Notes under the pieces: model-generated
Seen by the model: only the letters and a program-made list of their open reading frames with translations
Told to the model about the DNA's origin: nothing
Databases searched by the model: none
Made by a program: the position numbers and the translations under genes
Shown here: in pieces, positions 48,581-59,286 of the stretch
Layout of the letters: each line of letters starts with the position of its first letter
Position numbering within the stretch: the first letter of the stretch is position 1
From: Myxococcota bacterium
Lineage (GTDB): Bacteria; Myxococcota_A; UBA796; CAJQPC01
Direction of reading: 5' to 3'
Assembly: GCA_036012755.1 (NCBI GenBank)
Contig: DASCPX010000016.1
Location: 1-64,000 of the forward strand
Length of the DNA stretch: 64,000 bases

Positions 48581-49910
48581 GCTGAGACTCGCCCAGATCC
48601 GGCTCGGCCAGGCTCTGGACGGGGCCCGTAGCGGCGACCAGCGGCTCGCCGAGATCGTGCGCGAAGAGGGCCTGCGCTTCGTCCAGGTCCTCACCAGCCT
48701 CCTACGCCTCACGCGCCTCCACCACCTCCAGAACCACGCCTTCGACGGCCCCGTCCGCGAGTTCCGCATCTGCATCGACCGCCTCTGGCAAGAGCTCGGC
48801 GCGGTCCACGTGGTCGCGGTCGAGGACCAGATCTACGTCAACGACATCCGGATGCGGCTGACCGCGAACGAGGAGAAGCGGGACCTGGCGACCCTGCTTC
48901 GCGAGCACAACGTCGGAGGACTCTCCTTCCACTCGACCATGGACGAGCGTGCCATCCGCAGCCTCGTCGGCTGCTTCGCCGCCCGACCGGAGCCTGGTCG
49001 GCGCCGGACCGCGCTGTTGCTCCGGATGCGCGCGGCGGGCCTGGACGGCATCGACGCCTCCGGTGTCTTCCTCTTCAAGGTCGGCGCTGACGCCGATCCG
49101 GATCAGAGCACCGTCCAGATGATGGAGCGGGCCACCGAAGCCGCCGCGGAGGCCTGGGACGCCGTCGCCAACCACCGCATCCCGAACCCGCTCCCGATGC
49201 GAAGATCCGTCACAGAGATGCTCGCAGAGGGGCTCAACGCAGAGGGCCTCTGGGAGGAGGACAAGAGACGCCTCCGCCCGGGTCGCCACAGCGTGCGCGT
49301 GGCTCGCCTCGCGCTGCTCCTCGGCCAGGAGCTCGGCCTGTCGGCGGCGGCGCTCCAGGACCTCGGCGTCGCCGCGATCTTCCACGACATCGGCTACGCG
49401 GCCAACCAGCCAAACGAGAGCCATGAGACCGCCGGCGCGCGCCTGCTGCTACGCCAGCGGGGCTTCCATGAAGCCAAGATCCAGCGCATCCGAGCAACCC
49501 TCGAGCACCACAGGAACCACGATCACAGCGGCGGGCGGCCAGGGCTGTTCAGCAGGATCCTCCGCATCGTCGAGGACTACGACAACCTGGCCCGCAGCAA
49601 GCAGGCCAGCTTCTCTCCGGCGCTCGCGCTGCAGCTCATGGTCAGCGAGAGCGGCTCCTTCTACGATCCCCTCCTGCTCCAGTTGCTCGTGAACCGGCTC
49701 GGCTGCTACCCGCCAGGCACGCTGCTCAGGCTCGAGGATGGCAGGATCGTCCGTAGCCGAAGCCTCGTTCGCGACCCCGACATCTTCGACCGGCCCGAGT
49801 GCTTCCTCGTAGTCGACGAGCACGGAAACCGACCTGAGATCGGGGCAATCATCGATCTGGCTTACGAGGGCGAGATCGTTGGGCTCGCCCACCCGGGGTC
49901 CGCCAGCTGA
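48573..49910 (+). CDS. HD-domain protein (HD-GYP-like, degenerate)
   Basis: HSVRV, FHDIG, EHH, LFSRIL, FYDP, YPPGT; GYP motif missing. Confidence 0.8.
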   Translation: MDELRLAQIRLGQALDGARSGDQRLAEIVREEGLRFVQVLTSLLRLTRLHHLQNHAFDGPVREFRICIDRLWQELGAVHVVAVEDQIYVNDIRMRLTANEEKRDLATLLREHNVGGLSFHSTMDERAIRSLVGCFAARPEPGRRRTALLLRMRAAGLDGIDASGVFLFKVGADADPDQSTVQMMERATEAAAEAWDAVANHRIPNPLPMRRSVTEMLAEGLNAEGLWEEDKRRLRPGRHSVRVARLALLLGQELGLSAAALQDLGVAAIFHDIGYAANQPNESHETAGARLLLRQRGFHEAKIQRIRATLEHHRNHDHSGGRPGLFSRILRIVEDYDNLARSKQASFSPALALQLMVSESGSFYDPLLLQLLVNRLGCYPPGTLLRLEDGRIVRSRSLVRDPDIFDRPECFLVVDEHGNRPEIGAIIDLAYEGEIVGLAHPGSAS

Positions 49911-49920
49911 TTCCCCGTAG

Positions 49921-49946
49921 ATGAAAATAACCCTCATTGTTTTCAT
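49921..49946. promoter_or_regulatory. AT-rich inverted repeat, Fur-box-like
   Basis: ATGAAAATAA-CCCTCA-TTGTTTTCAT. Confidence 0.5.
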
Positions 49947-49990
49947 TTTGCTGTGCTGTCGTTAGAATTGGTTCTTGGTCGGAGCACACC

Positions 49991-50350
49991 GTGACCGTCT
50001 TGTTCATGCTTGCCGCATGTGAGCACACGACGCCTGAAGACCCCGCCGGAAGCACCGAGCAGTCTCGCGCAGAGGCCATGCCCCACTGCAACGGAATAGT
50101 GCACGACGACACGTTCTACACGGACTGCGTCATCCGGGGCATCGTCGCGGCCCCGGACAGGGACAGCGCAGAGGAGCTCTGCTCTTCCCTGCCTCTCCGT
50201 CAGTCCGAGTGTCGCTCCCAGTGGGCCATGCGCATGATGAACCGGGCCGACGCAGAGGACGTCCGGATCATGTGCGGCGAGGACGGCGAGTGCCTGGCGG
50301 AGCTCGAAGAGGTGATCGCCTGGCGAGCCAAGGTGCAGCCCCCGGGCTGA
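49991..50350 (+). CDS. Small Cys-rich lipoprotein
   Basis: GGAG SD; MTVLFMLAAC; six further Cys. Confidence 0.65.
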   Translation: MTVLFMLAACEHTTPEDPAGSTEQSRAEAMPHCNGIVHDDTFYTDCVIRGIVAAPDRDSAEELCSSLPLRQSECRSQWAMRMMNRADAEDVRIMCGEDGECLAELEEVIAWRAKVQPPG

Positions 50351-50366
50351 GCCGGGCCCAGAGCCT

Positions 50367-51188
50367 TCAGTTCGTGACTGGCGGCTCGAAGAGGTAGAGC
50401 GCCAGGGGCTGATCGCCGGTGGCTTCGATCACCACGGGCGCGGGACGCAGGAAGACCAGCAGCGTGCCCGGCGTGATCGCGCGCTCGGTCCCGGCGCCGC
50501 GCAGCATGCCCTCTCCGGAGACGGCATAGAGCAGCCCATGGTCCTCTGAGGTGGCGGGCAGCTCGTACTGCTCGCCCACGAACAGCCGAGACATACGCCC
50601 TTCCATGATCGGCAGATCGAGGCGGTCGAAGGGCTGCCCGGAGGCGACGAAGTCCTCGACGTCGTCGTCGGGGTGGTAGCTGAAGGGTGCGGTGCCCTGG
50701 TCCATGCGCGGGTCGTCCGGCCGCAGGTACAGGTTGCCGTCGAAGGAGGGGTAGGCCAGCACGAGGTTGGCCTGGTGAGCTCCGGTGTTGTTGTCCCACT
50801 CGTGGCCGGTGAAGGGGGGCGAAGAGACCAGCGAGCCCGGCCCGAACTGCTCTTGGGTCTCCACGCGCTCCCCCTCTTCGGCGTAGACGTGAGCGACGTC
50901 CGGCGAGCCCGTGACGATGATGGTCGCCTCGTTGGCGGTGCGGTGGACGTGCAGCGGACAGAGCTGATCGACGCCGATGACGTGCATGTGCGCGGAGGCG
51001 ACCTCGGTCGTGTAGAAGGTCTCCGACCGGTCGGTGGAGTCGAAGTGGGCCTGGATGATCTCCTCGGCCTTGTCCGGGAGGTTGGTGCTGGCGAGGGCGA
51101 GGCCGCTGGGAGGCACCTCGACGACCAAGGGCGTGACGGCTTCCTCCTGGGCGCACGCCGCCAGGGCCCACAGCGCAAGTCCCGTCAC
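50367..51188 (-). CDS. Cupin-domain lipoprotein
   Basis: LAAC; PLHVH...E...G...PP..GH. Confidence 0.75.
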   Translation of the reverse strand: MTGLALWALAACAQEEAVTPLVVEVPPSGLALASTNLPDKAEEIIQAHFDSTDRSETFYTTEVASAHMHVIGVDQLCPLHVHRTANEATIIVTGSPDVAHVYAEEGERVETQEQFGPGSLVSSPPFTGHEWDNNTGAHQANLVLAYPSFDGNLYLRPDDPRMDQGTAPFSYHPDDDVEDFVASGQPFDRLDLPIMEGRMSRLFVGEQYELPATSEDHGLLYAVSGEGMLRGAGTERAITPGTLLVFLRPAPVVIEATGDQPLALYLFEPPVTN

Positions 51189-52585
51189 GGCTCATCCGGC
51201 TTCGCGGGATCGACATAGCCCATCGCCTCGAGCTGCCGGACGGTCGCCTCGTCGAACTCGACCTTGACCTCGCTCGCCGCGCTGGCCGCGACGTGCTCAC
51301 GCAGGGTCCTCTCCAGCTTCGGTGCGGGACGAGACAGCGCCGTCTTCTCCTTGGGGTCGGCCACCAGGTCGAAGAGCTCGGAGCGGCCCTCCTCGGGCAG
51401 CCAGTGGCGACCATGCTCGGCGACCTGGTGGTCCTCGACGTAGAGGATGAGCTTGCTCTGGCCGTCCTGCACGGCCTTGGCCTCGCCGCGCTGATTCAGG
51501 GCTTCGGAGATCGCCACCCGGTGGTCGGCGTCGGCGGTTGGCAGGGGGGCGCCGTCGATGTCCTCGGGCACGGGCAGCTCGAGGATCGACAGGATGGTCG
51601 GCATCACGTCGACGGTGGGCACCGTGGTCGTGACGTGGGTGCCAGCGTGCTCGCCCCCGGGCCACTTCACGAGCAGGGGCACGTGCACGAGCTCCTCGTA
51701 GAGCGTGTGTCCGTGGGCATCGTAGAAGTGGTTGCCGTGGTCCACGAACTCCTCGCCGTGATCGGAGGTGACGATGATGAGGGCGCGCTCGTAGAGCCCC
51801 TGCTCCTTCAGCTCGGAGACGAGGTCCGCGAAGTGACCGTCCATTGCACGGATGCCCCCGTCGTAGAGCGCCATGGTGACCTTGGGGTGGACGGCGTCGT
51901 GGGCCTTCAGGGTCGCGCTGTAGTCGGTGTGCGCCTGCTGCCGGGCCTCGTTGTCCGGCGGGCCGCTGCGCAGGATCCGGTCGAACTCGGCGAGCTCGGC
52001 GGCAAGCTCGGGCCGATCGATGAAGCGCGTGTCCGTATAGGGAGCGTGGACCTCGAAGCTGTGCCAGAAGAGCAGGAAGGGCTGCTCGGCGTGCCCGGCA
52101 GTCCAGCTCGACAGCTCCGCGACGTGGGCGTCCGTGAGCTTGTAGTGGTCCGTCTCGTAGGTCGCGAAGCCCTGGCCGAGCCCGACCTTGGGATCCATCG
52201 AGCCGCCGCCGGTGAACGCCGCGGTCGCGTAGCCTGCCGAGCCGAGGTGCTCCGCGAGGGTCTGCACGGCGGGGTCGAGCGAGCGCACACCGTCGCCGCG
52301 CTCCAGCGCGTCGATGAGGTCGAAGTAGTACTGGGTCACGCCGTGATGGCCCGGGTAGAGACCAGTCATCAGGCTGACGTGGGCCGGCGTCGTCCACGGC
52401 GCCGAGGAGACGGCGTGTTCGTAGAGGACCGCGTCCCTGGCGAAGGCATCCAGCGCGGGCGAGGTCTCGGAGATCGCGTAGCCGTAGCTGCCGAGGTGGT
52501 CGGCACGGAGCGTGTCGATGCTGACCAGCACGACCGGCGTGGGCGAAGGCTCCACCGGCGTCGAGCATGCGAGGAGCCAGGTCAC
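51185..52585 (-). CDS. Sulfatase-family lipoprotein
   Basis: MTWLLAC; SIDTLRADH, WTTPAHVSLMTG, SDHGEEF, HVPL. Confidence 0.9.
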   Translation of the reverse strand: MTWLLACSTPVEPSPTPVVLVSIDTLRADHLGSYGYAISETSPALDAFARDAVLYEHAVSSAPWTTPAHVSLMTGLYPGHHGVTQYYFDLIDALERGDGVRSLDPAVQTLAEHLGSAGYATAAFTGGGSMDPKVGLGQGFATYETDHYKLTDAHVAELSSWTAGHAEQPFLLFWHSFEVHAPYTDTRFIDRPELAAELAEFDRILRSGPPDNEARQQAHTDYSATLKAHDAVHPKVTMALYDGGIRAMDGHFADLVSELKEQGLYERALIIVTSDHGEEFVDHGNHFYDAHGHTLYEELVHVPLLVKWPGGEHAGTHVTTTVPTVDVMPTILSILELPVPEDIDGAPLPTADADHRVAISEALNQRGEAKAVQDGQSKLILYVEDHQVAEHGRHWLPEEGRSELFDLVADPKEKTALSRPAPKLERTLREHVAASAASEVKVEFDEATVRQLEAMGYVDPAKPDEP

Positions 52586-52739
52586 TTCGCTATCTCTACC
52601 ACGGTCTCAGCCCTCCGGATGGCCGTGCACCGTCGCCAGGAGGGCCGCCAGGCGCACCTCCGCGACACCGCGCCGACATCGGCGTGACGCTGCGCGTTCA
52701 CCACTCCAGGGAGCATCCTGGAGTCACGAGGAGGAAGAG

Positions 52740-53172
52740 ATGTGGCTTCTTGCACTGGCGCTCGCTACCGCGGATGAGTGCGCGATCACGGCACAGGTCG
52801 ATGAAGCGGGGAAGCTCGTCTACGTGGACCGGGGGACCTGCCCCCCCTGGTTCCAGATCCAGCTCCAGAACTCGGTCGGCCAGGACGAGCCCCTGCCGCT
52901 CCCGGAGCACACGTTGGTCCAGCTCCCGGTCACCATCGACGGTCGGGCCGCGTATCTCGGTCCGGCGACAGAGGGTCGTGTCGTCGGCCCCCACCGCGGC
53001 GAGGGCCCCGACGTCTCCCATCTCGCGGAGCGCGTCCCCGACCTCCCGCCGGACTGCGAGCTCCTGGCGACGGTGGATCCGGAGGGGCGGATCGACTCGA
53101 TCTCACCGGTGGACTGCGCGATCTCCGACTACCAGTCGGCCCAACGTCGAGCACGACGGGCACGCTTCGAGA
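52740..53172 (+). pseudogene. Secreted TonB-C-like protein, 3' truncated
   Basis: MWLLALALATA; VD.EG...RARFE, then reads antisense into the acyltransferase; end approximate. Confidence 0.5.
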
Positions 53173-53468
53173 GCGGGGCGGATGCCCGCCTCCCAGGCCC
53201 ACTCGCCGAGCATCGGGATCTTGAAGATGAGGTCGTCCCCGAGCCCCGCCGGGAGCCGATTGGTGGCATGGAAGACCTCGACCCCGAGTAGGAAGCCGTC
53301 GTAGGTGGCCAGGGAGTGGTGCATCGCGAAGAGCACGCCGCCGGTCCGCGGGACGTGCTCGAGACCCTGCACCGAGTGGCGGTGGTAGACCGACAGTGGG
53401 CGCGCCACGTTCTCGAAGAAACGCACAGCGCCAGGGGTGATGACGGGGTTCGTCCGTTGCTCTCCCAT
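53173..53468 (-). pseudogene. Lysophospholipid acyltransferase (PlsC-like), 3' truncated
   Basis: VQGLEHVP..G...HHSLATYD; breaks after AGIRPA with no PGG block. Confidence 0.75.
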
Positions 53469-53505
53469 CGCGCCGCGACTAACGCGTTAGCGGCGAGCAC
53501 TGCAG

Positions 53506-54771
<1,266 letters not shown>

Positions 54772-54783
<12 letters not shown>

Positions 54784-56280
54784 GGCCAGCCGGCGGGACA
54801 GCACCGTCGAGACCGTCATCGTGGACAGCTGCGGATTCACGCCCAGGGAGCTCGGGAAGACCGAGGCGTCGTGGATCGACAGCCCCTCGACGCCGCGCGC
54901 GTGGCCGCCACCGTCGATGGTCCTGCCCATGCGACAGGTCGCCATCGGGTGGCTCGAGTAGAGGACGAAGTCCCGGATGGAGGCGGCCCGCATGGCCCTG
55001 GAGAAGAGCTCGAGGTCACCGGTCGCCGGGACGCCGTGGGCGATGGCGTAGAGTTCGGTGGCGCCTGCCTCGAGCAGCACGCGAGCGCAGAGGATCATGC
55101 CCTCCAGGATCTGCTCGATGTCGTGGGGATCGAAGGTGTAGGAGATGTCGGCTCGACCGTCAGGGAAGGCCCCGACCCGCCCGTGACCGTGATCGCTGAC
55201 CAGGGCCAGCACGCCCCCTATGCGTCGGAGCACGCCGAAGGTCGCCTTGATGCTGCCGTAGTGAGGCGCCAGCAACATCGAGACCACCTCTGGCGGCGAG
55301 GTCCAGGTGTGGGGGAGCAGGCCGGGGAGCTCCGGATCGTGGAAGTAGCAGCCCTGGGTGGCGCCCTGGAAGACATCGACCTCTTCGTCGAAGAGCGCGA
55401 GCACGGCGCTGCCCGGGTGCACCAGGAGCCCCTCGCCGACCTCGACGAGCTCCTCGGCCAGCCCGCAGTGGTGGAGGAGCCGAGGGGTGCCCACAGCCCC
55501 TGCCGAGAGCACCGTGTGTCGGGCTCGGACCCTCACCCGCCCGCCGCTGGCGCCGGTGTCCGGGTGGTGCATGCGGCCACTGACCCCCACGACCCGCCGG
55601 CCCTCGACGTCGACGGACTGCACCCTCGTCTCGGCCTGGATGCGCGCGCCGGCCTGGACCGCGCGAGCCATCAGGTTGAGGTTCACCGTGGCCTTGCCGT
55701 TGACCGGACAGCCGAAGTTGCAGGCGCCGCAGCCGACGCAGCCCGGCGTGTTCCGCGGCGCCAGCCCTCCGGCATAGCCCAGCCGCTTCGCGGCCTCTGC
55801 GATGAGCACGTTGTGCTTGCCGGCGGCGTGGTCCGAGCTCGGAGGACCGACCCCGAGGAGCTCCTCCATCTCCTCGAAGACCGGCGACAGGGTCTCCGGC
55901 GACCAGTCCTCGTCCAGCAGCTCGTCCCAGTGGCGCAGGACCGCGTCGGGAGTCCGGAAGCAGAGCGCCGAGTTGATGAGCGAGCCTCCACCGATCCCGC
56001 GGCCCGCCGCGATGAGGAAGGGCGTGGGCCCGCGGGCCAGCATCGTGCCCGCCTCCTGCATGTGGTAGCGGGCCGTGTGGGCCTGGCTAGTCTTGAAGTT
56101 CGAGGCCTTCGGGCCCTCCTCGACCACGATCACCGACAGGCCGGCCTCGGAGAGCACGCGAGCGCTGGCAGAGCCCCCGGGTCCAGCCCCGACGATGCAG
56201 ACATCCGCTCGCAGATCGCGGTCCTCTGTCGAGAACCCGGCGGCCACCGGGGCCGGCAGGATCGGCTGGATCGGCCTCAT
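54772..56280 (-). CDS. GMC-family oxidoreductase
   Basis: GAGPGG, GRGIGGGSLIN, CVGCGACNFGC, SHPMATCRM, GVNP. Confidence 0.92.
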
Positions 56281-56771
56281 ACGCCGTAGCCGCAGCGGGT
56301 CATGGCGCTGAAGAAGTCCACCGCCTCCGGGTGGATCGTGTACCCCATGCCCAGCAGCAGCACGAGGGACTGGATGACACTGCGGACCTCTGCGATGGGA
56401 TGGACCATCCACTCGTGCACGAGGGCTCGCCTTGCAGCCAGGGGTTTCTCGGAGAAGCCGCCGCCAAGGGCCTCGAGGGCGTGGACGAGCAGGCGGATGC
56501 CCTTGGCCTGGAACTCCGGCATGTGGGTCAGCACCTCGTCGATGAAGCGATCGAGCTGCGCCTCGGCGCCGGACAGCGCCGGCTCTCCTCCTGGCGGGTA
56601 GAGGGCCTCTGCGAGAGCGGACACCACGAGCCCCTCCTCCGCGGAGAGCCTCGCGTAGGGCGCCTCCGGCGGCTGATCCCACCAGCGCAAGCCGAGCCCT
56701 CCGACCCCCACCGCGGACGCGGCGGCGACCGCAGCCCCTGCGGCGAGCACGTGCCGGCGGGTGATCCGCAT
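56277..56771 (-). CDS. Tat-exported GMC partner (gluconate 2-dehydrogenase subunit 3-like)
   Basis: MRITRRHVL Tat motif; ALAEALYP; ATGA overlap with the GMC gene. Confidence 0.75.
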   Translation of the reverse strand: MRITRRHVLAAGAAVAAASAVGVGGLGLRWWDQPPEAPYARLSAEEGLVVSALAEALYPPGGEPALSGAEAQLDRFIDEVLTHMPEFQAKGIRLLVHALEALGGGFSEKPLAARRALVHEWMVHPIAEVRSVIQSLVLLLGMGYTIHPEAVDFFSAMTRCGYGV

Positions 56772-56815
56772 GAACAGTACGGCGGTAACCGACGTACACA
56801 ACGGGGGTTAGGGTC

Positions 56816-57802
56816 TTGTCCGTGCCTCTTCTTCCGTTCTTCGGTGCCGTCGCGCTCGTTGGTCTCGCCATCGCGGCGTGGGCCTACTTCGACGGCCAAT
56901 GGGGTGGCGGAGAGAGGCTCACGGACGAGGAGGGCAGCCGCCGCAACCAGCGCCTGGATCGCAGCTGGCGACGGGGCGAGGACCTCAGGCAGTACCCCCG
57001 CCGCCTCAAAGAGCTCGAGGACCAGCTTATAGGCTCGCACCGCGCCGCACAGCAGCAGCTCCAGCACCTCGGCCTGAAGGCCTCCGAGATGGACGAAAAG
57101 GGCCGCGGGGATCTCGCCGAGCGCTACCAGGCCGACCTCGACGTGCTCGAGCGTCGGGCCGCAGCCACCCGCAGGGTGATGGCCACCGTCTGGAAGACCA
57201 GAGCCATCCTGCATCTGCGGGTCCACCTGGCGGTCGCCGCTCGCCAGCGCCCCGATCTCGCCCACCTCCCCCAGCCCCTGGACGTGGACCCCAGCGAGCT
57301 CGAAGCAGCAGCAGAGAACTACTTCCTCTCCAAGAACGAGGTCCGCACCTTCGTCGAGGTCCTCGACGGCCTCTGCGGGCACGTGTCCGAGATCGTCCCG
57401 CCCAAGCCGCTGTCCGCGGAGGTCGACCCCAAGGACGAGCTCACCGTGCAGAAGGAGGTCGACGCCATCGAGCGCACCCTGGAGCAGCTGCGAGAGCGCA
57501 TGGACAAGCTCGGCGACACGCTCGACTACCTCTCGGATCGCTTCAAGACCCAGCGCGTCGTCGAGGGAGCCGATCTGTCCGTCGACTTCGGGCCAGAGGC
57601 CAGCAAGCTGCTGGTCGAGGTCAGCGGGGCCGTGAGCCAGCTCGAGGCGCTCTCGGCGGTCGGGGACAAGGGCCTGGCCGACGCAGCGGTCGACTCGCTC
57701 TGCGAGGACATCGGCCGCCTCGAGCAGGCCGGCATGGAGGCCAGCGCGGAGGAGGAGGCAAACCAGGAGGTCCAGCGCCTGCTGGAGCAGTTCGCTCGAT
57801 GA
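56816..57802 (+). CDS. Membrane-anchored coiled-coil hypothetical protein
   Basis: N-terminal TM and heptad-rich body. Confidence 0.7.
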   Translation: MSVPLLPFFGAVALVGLAIAAWAYFDGQWGGGERLTDEEGSRRNQRLDRSWRRGEDLRQYPRRLKELEDQLIGSHRAAQQQLQHLGLKASEMDEKGRGDLAERYQADLDVLERRAAATRRVMATVWKTRAILHLRVHLAVAARQRPDLAHLPQPLDVDPSELEAAAENYFLSKNEVRTFVEVLDGLCGHVSEIVPPKPLSAEVDPKDELTVQKEVDAIERTLEQLRERMDKLGDTLDYLSDRFKTQRVVEGADLSVDFGPEASKLLVEVSGAVSQLEALSAVGDKGLADAAVDSLCEDIGRLEQAGMEASAEEEANQEVQRLLEQFAR

Positions 57803-58230
57803 TCCTGCTGCTGAGCGCGGTGCTCGCGAGCGAGCCGACGATCGCCCTCGACAAGCAGCCGACCACCGAAGAGGCCGCGCGCGAGGCCCAGGATGCCTGG
57901 CTGCGCTACGCCACCGCCGCCACCGCCGCCGTCTGGCCCACCTTCGAGGCCGAGCTGAAGGACATGAAGTTGCCAGGCGCCAGCTATGCGTGGAATGCAC
58001 GCCTGGTCGTCGACCCGGAGGGCAAGCTCGTCATCGTCACGCTCTCGGAGGGCTCCGGCCACGCGGCCGCTGACGCCGCGCTCATCGCTGCCTTCCAGCA
58101 GGTCGGCCTGTTCGGGCCGCCGCCGAAGGTCTGGATCCAGACGACGGACGAGGCGGTCTTCGACGGGCTCGTCTTCACCTACGAGCGCCAGGCCGACCCC
58201 GGCGCCCTCAAGGTGCCCTACGAGCGGTAG
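57799..58230 (+). CDS. TonB C-terminal-like domain protein
   Basis: MILLLSAVLA; VDPEG...SEGSG...D.A...A...FGPPP. Confidence 0.7.
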   Translation: MILLLSAVLASEPTIALDKQPTTEEAAREAQDAWLRYATAATAAVWPTFEAELKDMKLPGASYAWNARLVVDPEGKLVIVTLSEGSGHAAADAALIAAFQQVGLFGPPPKVWIQTTDEAVFDGLVFTYERQADPGALKVPYER

Positions 58231-58235
58231 GGGCC

Positions 58236-59246
58236 CTACAGCCCCGTGTCGCGCTGATAGGTGATGTCCGGGTAGTGCCAGTCCCGCACGCCGCCGGTGG
58301 TGAAGGACCAGGTCTCCTCGTAGCTGCCCGACTGGTTCGTCACCGCGATGGTCGCCGTGTAGGTCGTGTGCTCTGAGAGCGGTGAGGTCGGCACCATCGC
58401 GACGGTGTACTGCAGCTTCTCGATGTCGTTCGGATCGACGACGATGACCTCGACCTCGCCGTCGGGCCCCACGAGCTTCGTCCGGTCCACGATGAGATCG
58501 TAGGGGTTCGAGTTCCTCGAGCCGGCGTCACCCGTCGTCAGCATCGTGATGGGGAGCCCGAGCTCGTCGTCGAAGCCCACCGGGTCGGTCTCGATCGAGG
58601 AGCCCTCCGGGTAGTGCTGGTAGTTCGGGGGCACGCCGATCTGTCCGTCCGCCGGGTAGACGACCGGGCGCCCGACCCGGTGCTTGTCCGGCTCCTCGCG
58701 CAGCAAGACGAACTGCCCGAAGGGCTCGGCCTTCCCGAAGCCGGCCTCGTACCAGCCCGGGGACATGAGCGCCTCTCGGAACTGGAAGTGGGCCATCAGC
58801 CGGTCGACCCAGAGCTCCACGTCGCCGACGTCGTCATAGCTGAAGTAGAGCTGCCACTTGCCCCAGTCGACGTTGGTCTCGGTGTAGCCAGCCGCGTCGA
58901 GGCGCTTGTTGAGCTTCTCTCCGGTGAACCGATCCCGGTCCGAGTCCTCTGCATCCCAGTCCCGCACGGGCTCGCCGGTCTCGGAGTCCAGGAGGGTGTA
59001 GAGGGCCGTGTCGGATACGTACCAGCCGTACTCGTAGTGCTCCTGGAAGTAGCGGGCGTGGGACTGCGCCGCCTCGGAGACCGCCGGATCCATGCGCCCC
59101 ATGGAGACCCCCGTGAGCCGTCGATAGCAGTTCACGCGCCCGACGAACTGCTCCGTGGCGGCGCTGCCACCTCCGGGGAGTCGATTTGAACAAGCCTGTT
59201 GGACCGTGTCGTAGGAGCATCCGGCCAGAAGCAACCAGATGTTCAT
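58236..59246 (-). CDS. CAP/SCP-domain lipoprotein with Ig-like C-terminus
   Basis: LLLAGC; VNCYRR..G...AAQSHARY; VVYP..GQ..VP; WSFTT. Confidence 0.8.
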   Translation of the reverse strand: MNIWLLLAGCSYDTVQQACSNRLPGGGSAATEQFVGRVNCYRRLTGVSMGRMDPAVSEAAQSHARYFQEHYEYGWYVSDTALYTLLDSETGEPVRDWDAEDSDRDRFTGEKLNKRLDAAGYTETNVDWGKWQLYFSYDDVGDVELWVDRLMAHFQFREALMSPGWYEAGFGKAEPFGQFVLLREEPDKHRVGRPVVYPADGQIGVPPNYQHYPEGSSIETDPVGFDDELGLPITMLTTGDAGSRNSNPYDLIVDRTKLVGPDGEVEVIVVDPNDIEKLQYTVAMVPTSPLSEHTTYTATIAVTNQSGSYEETWSFTTGGVRDWHYPDITYQRDTGL

Positions 59247-59286
59247 GAGCTTAGCCGCCCCACGAGCAGGCCCCATCTCTCGTGGC

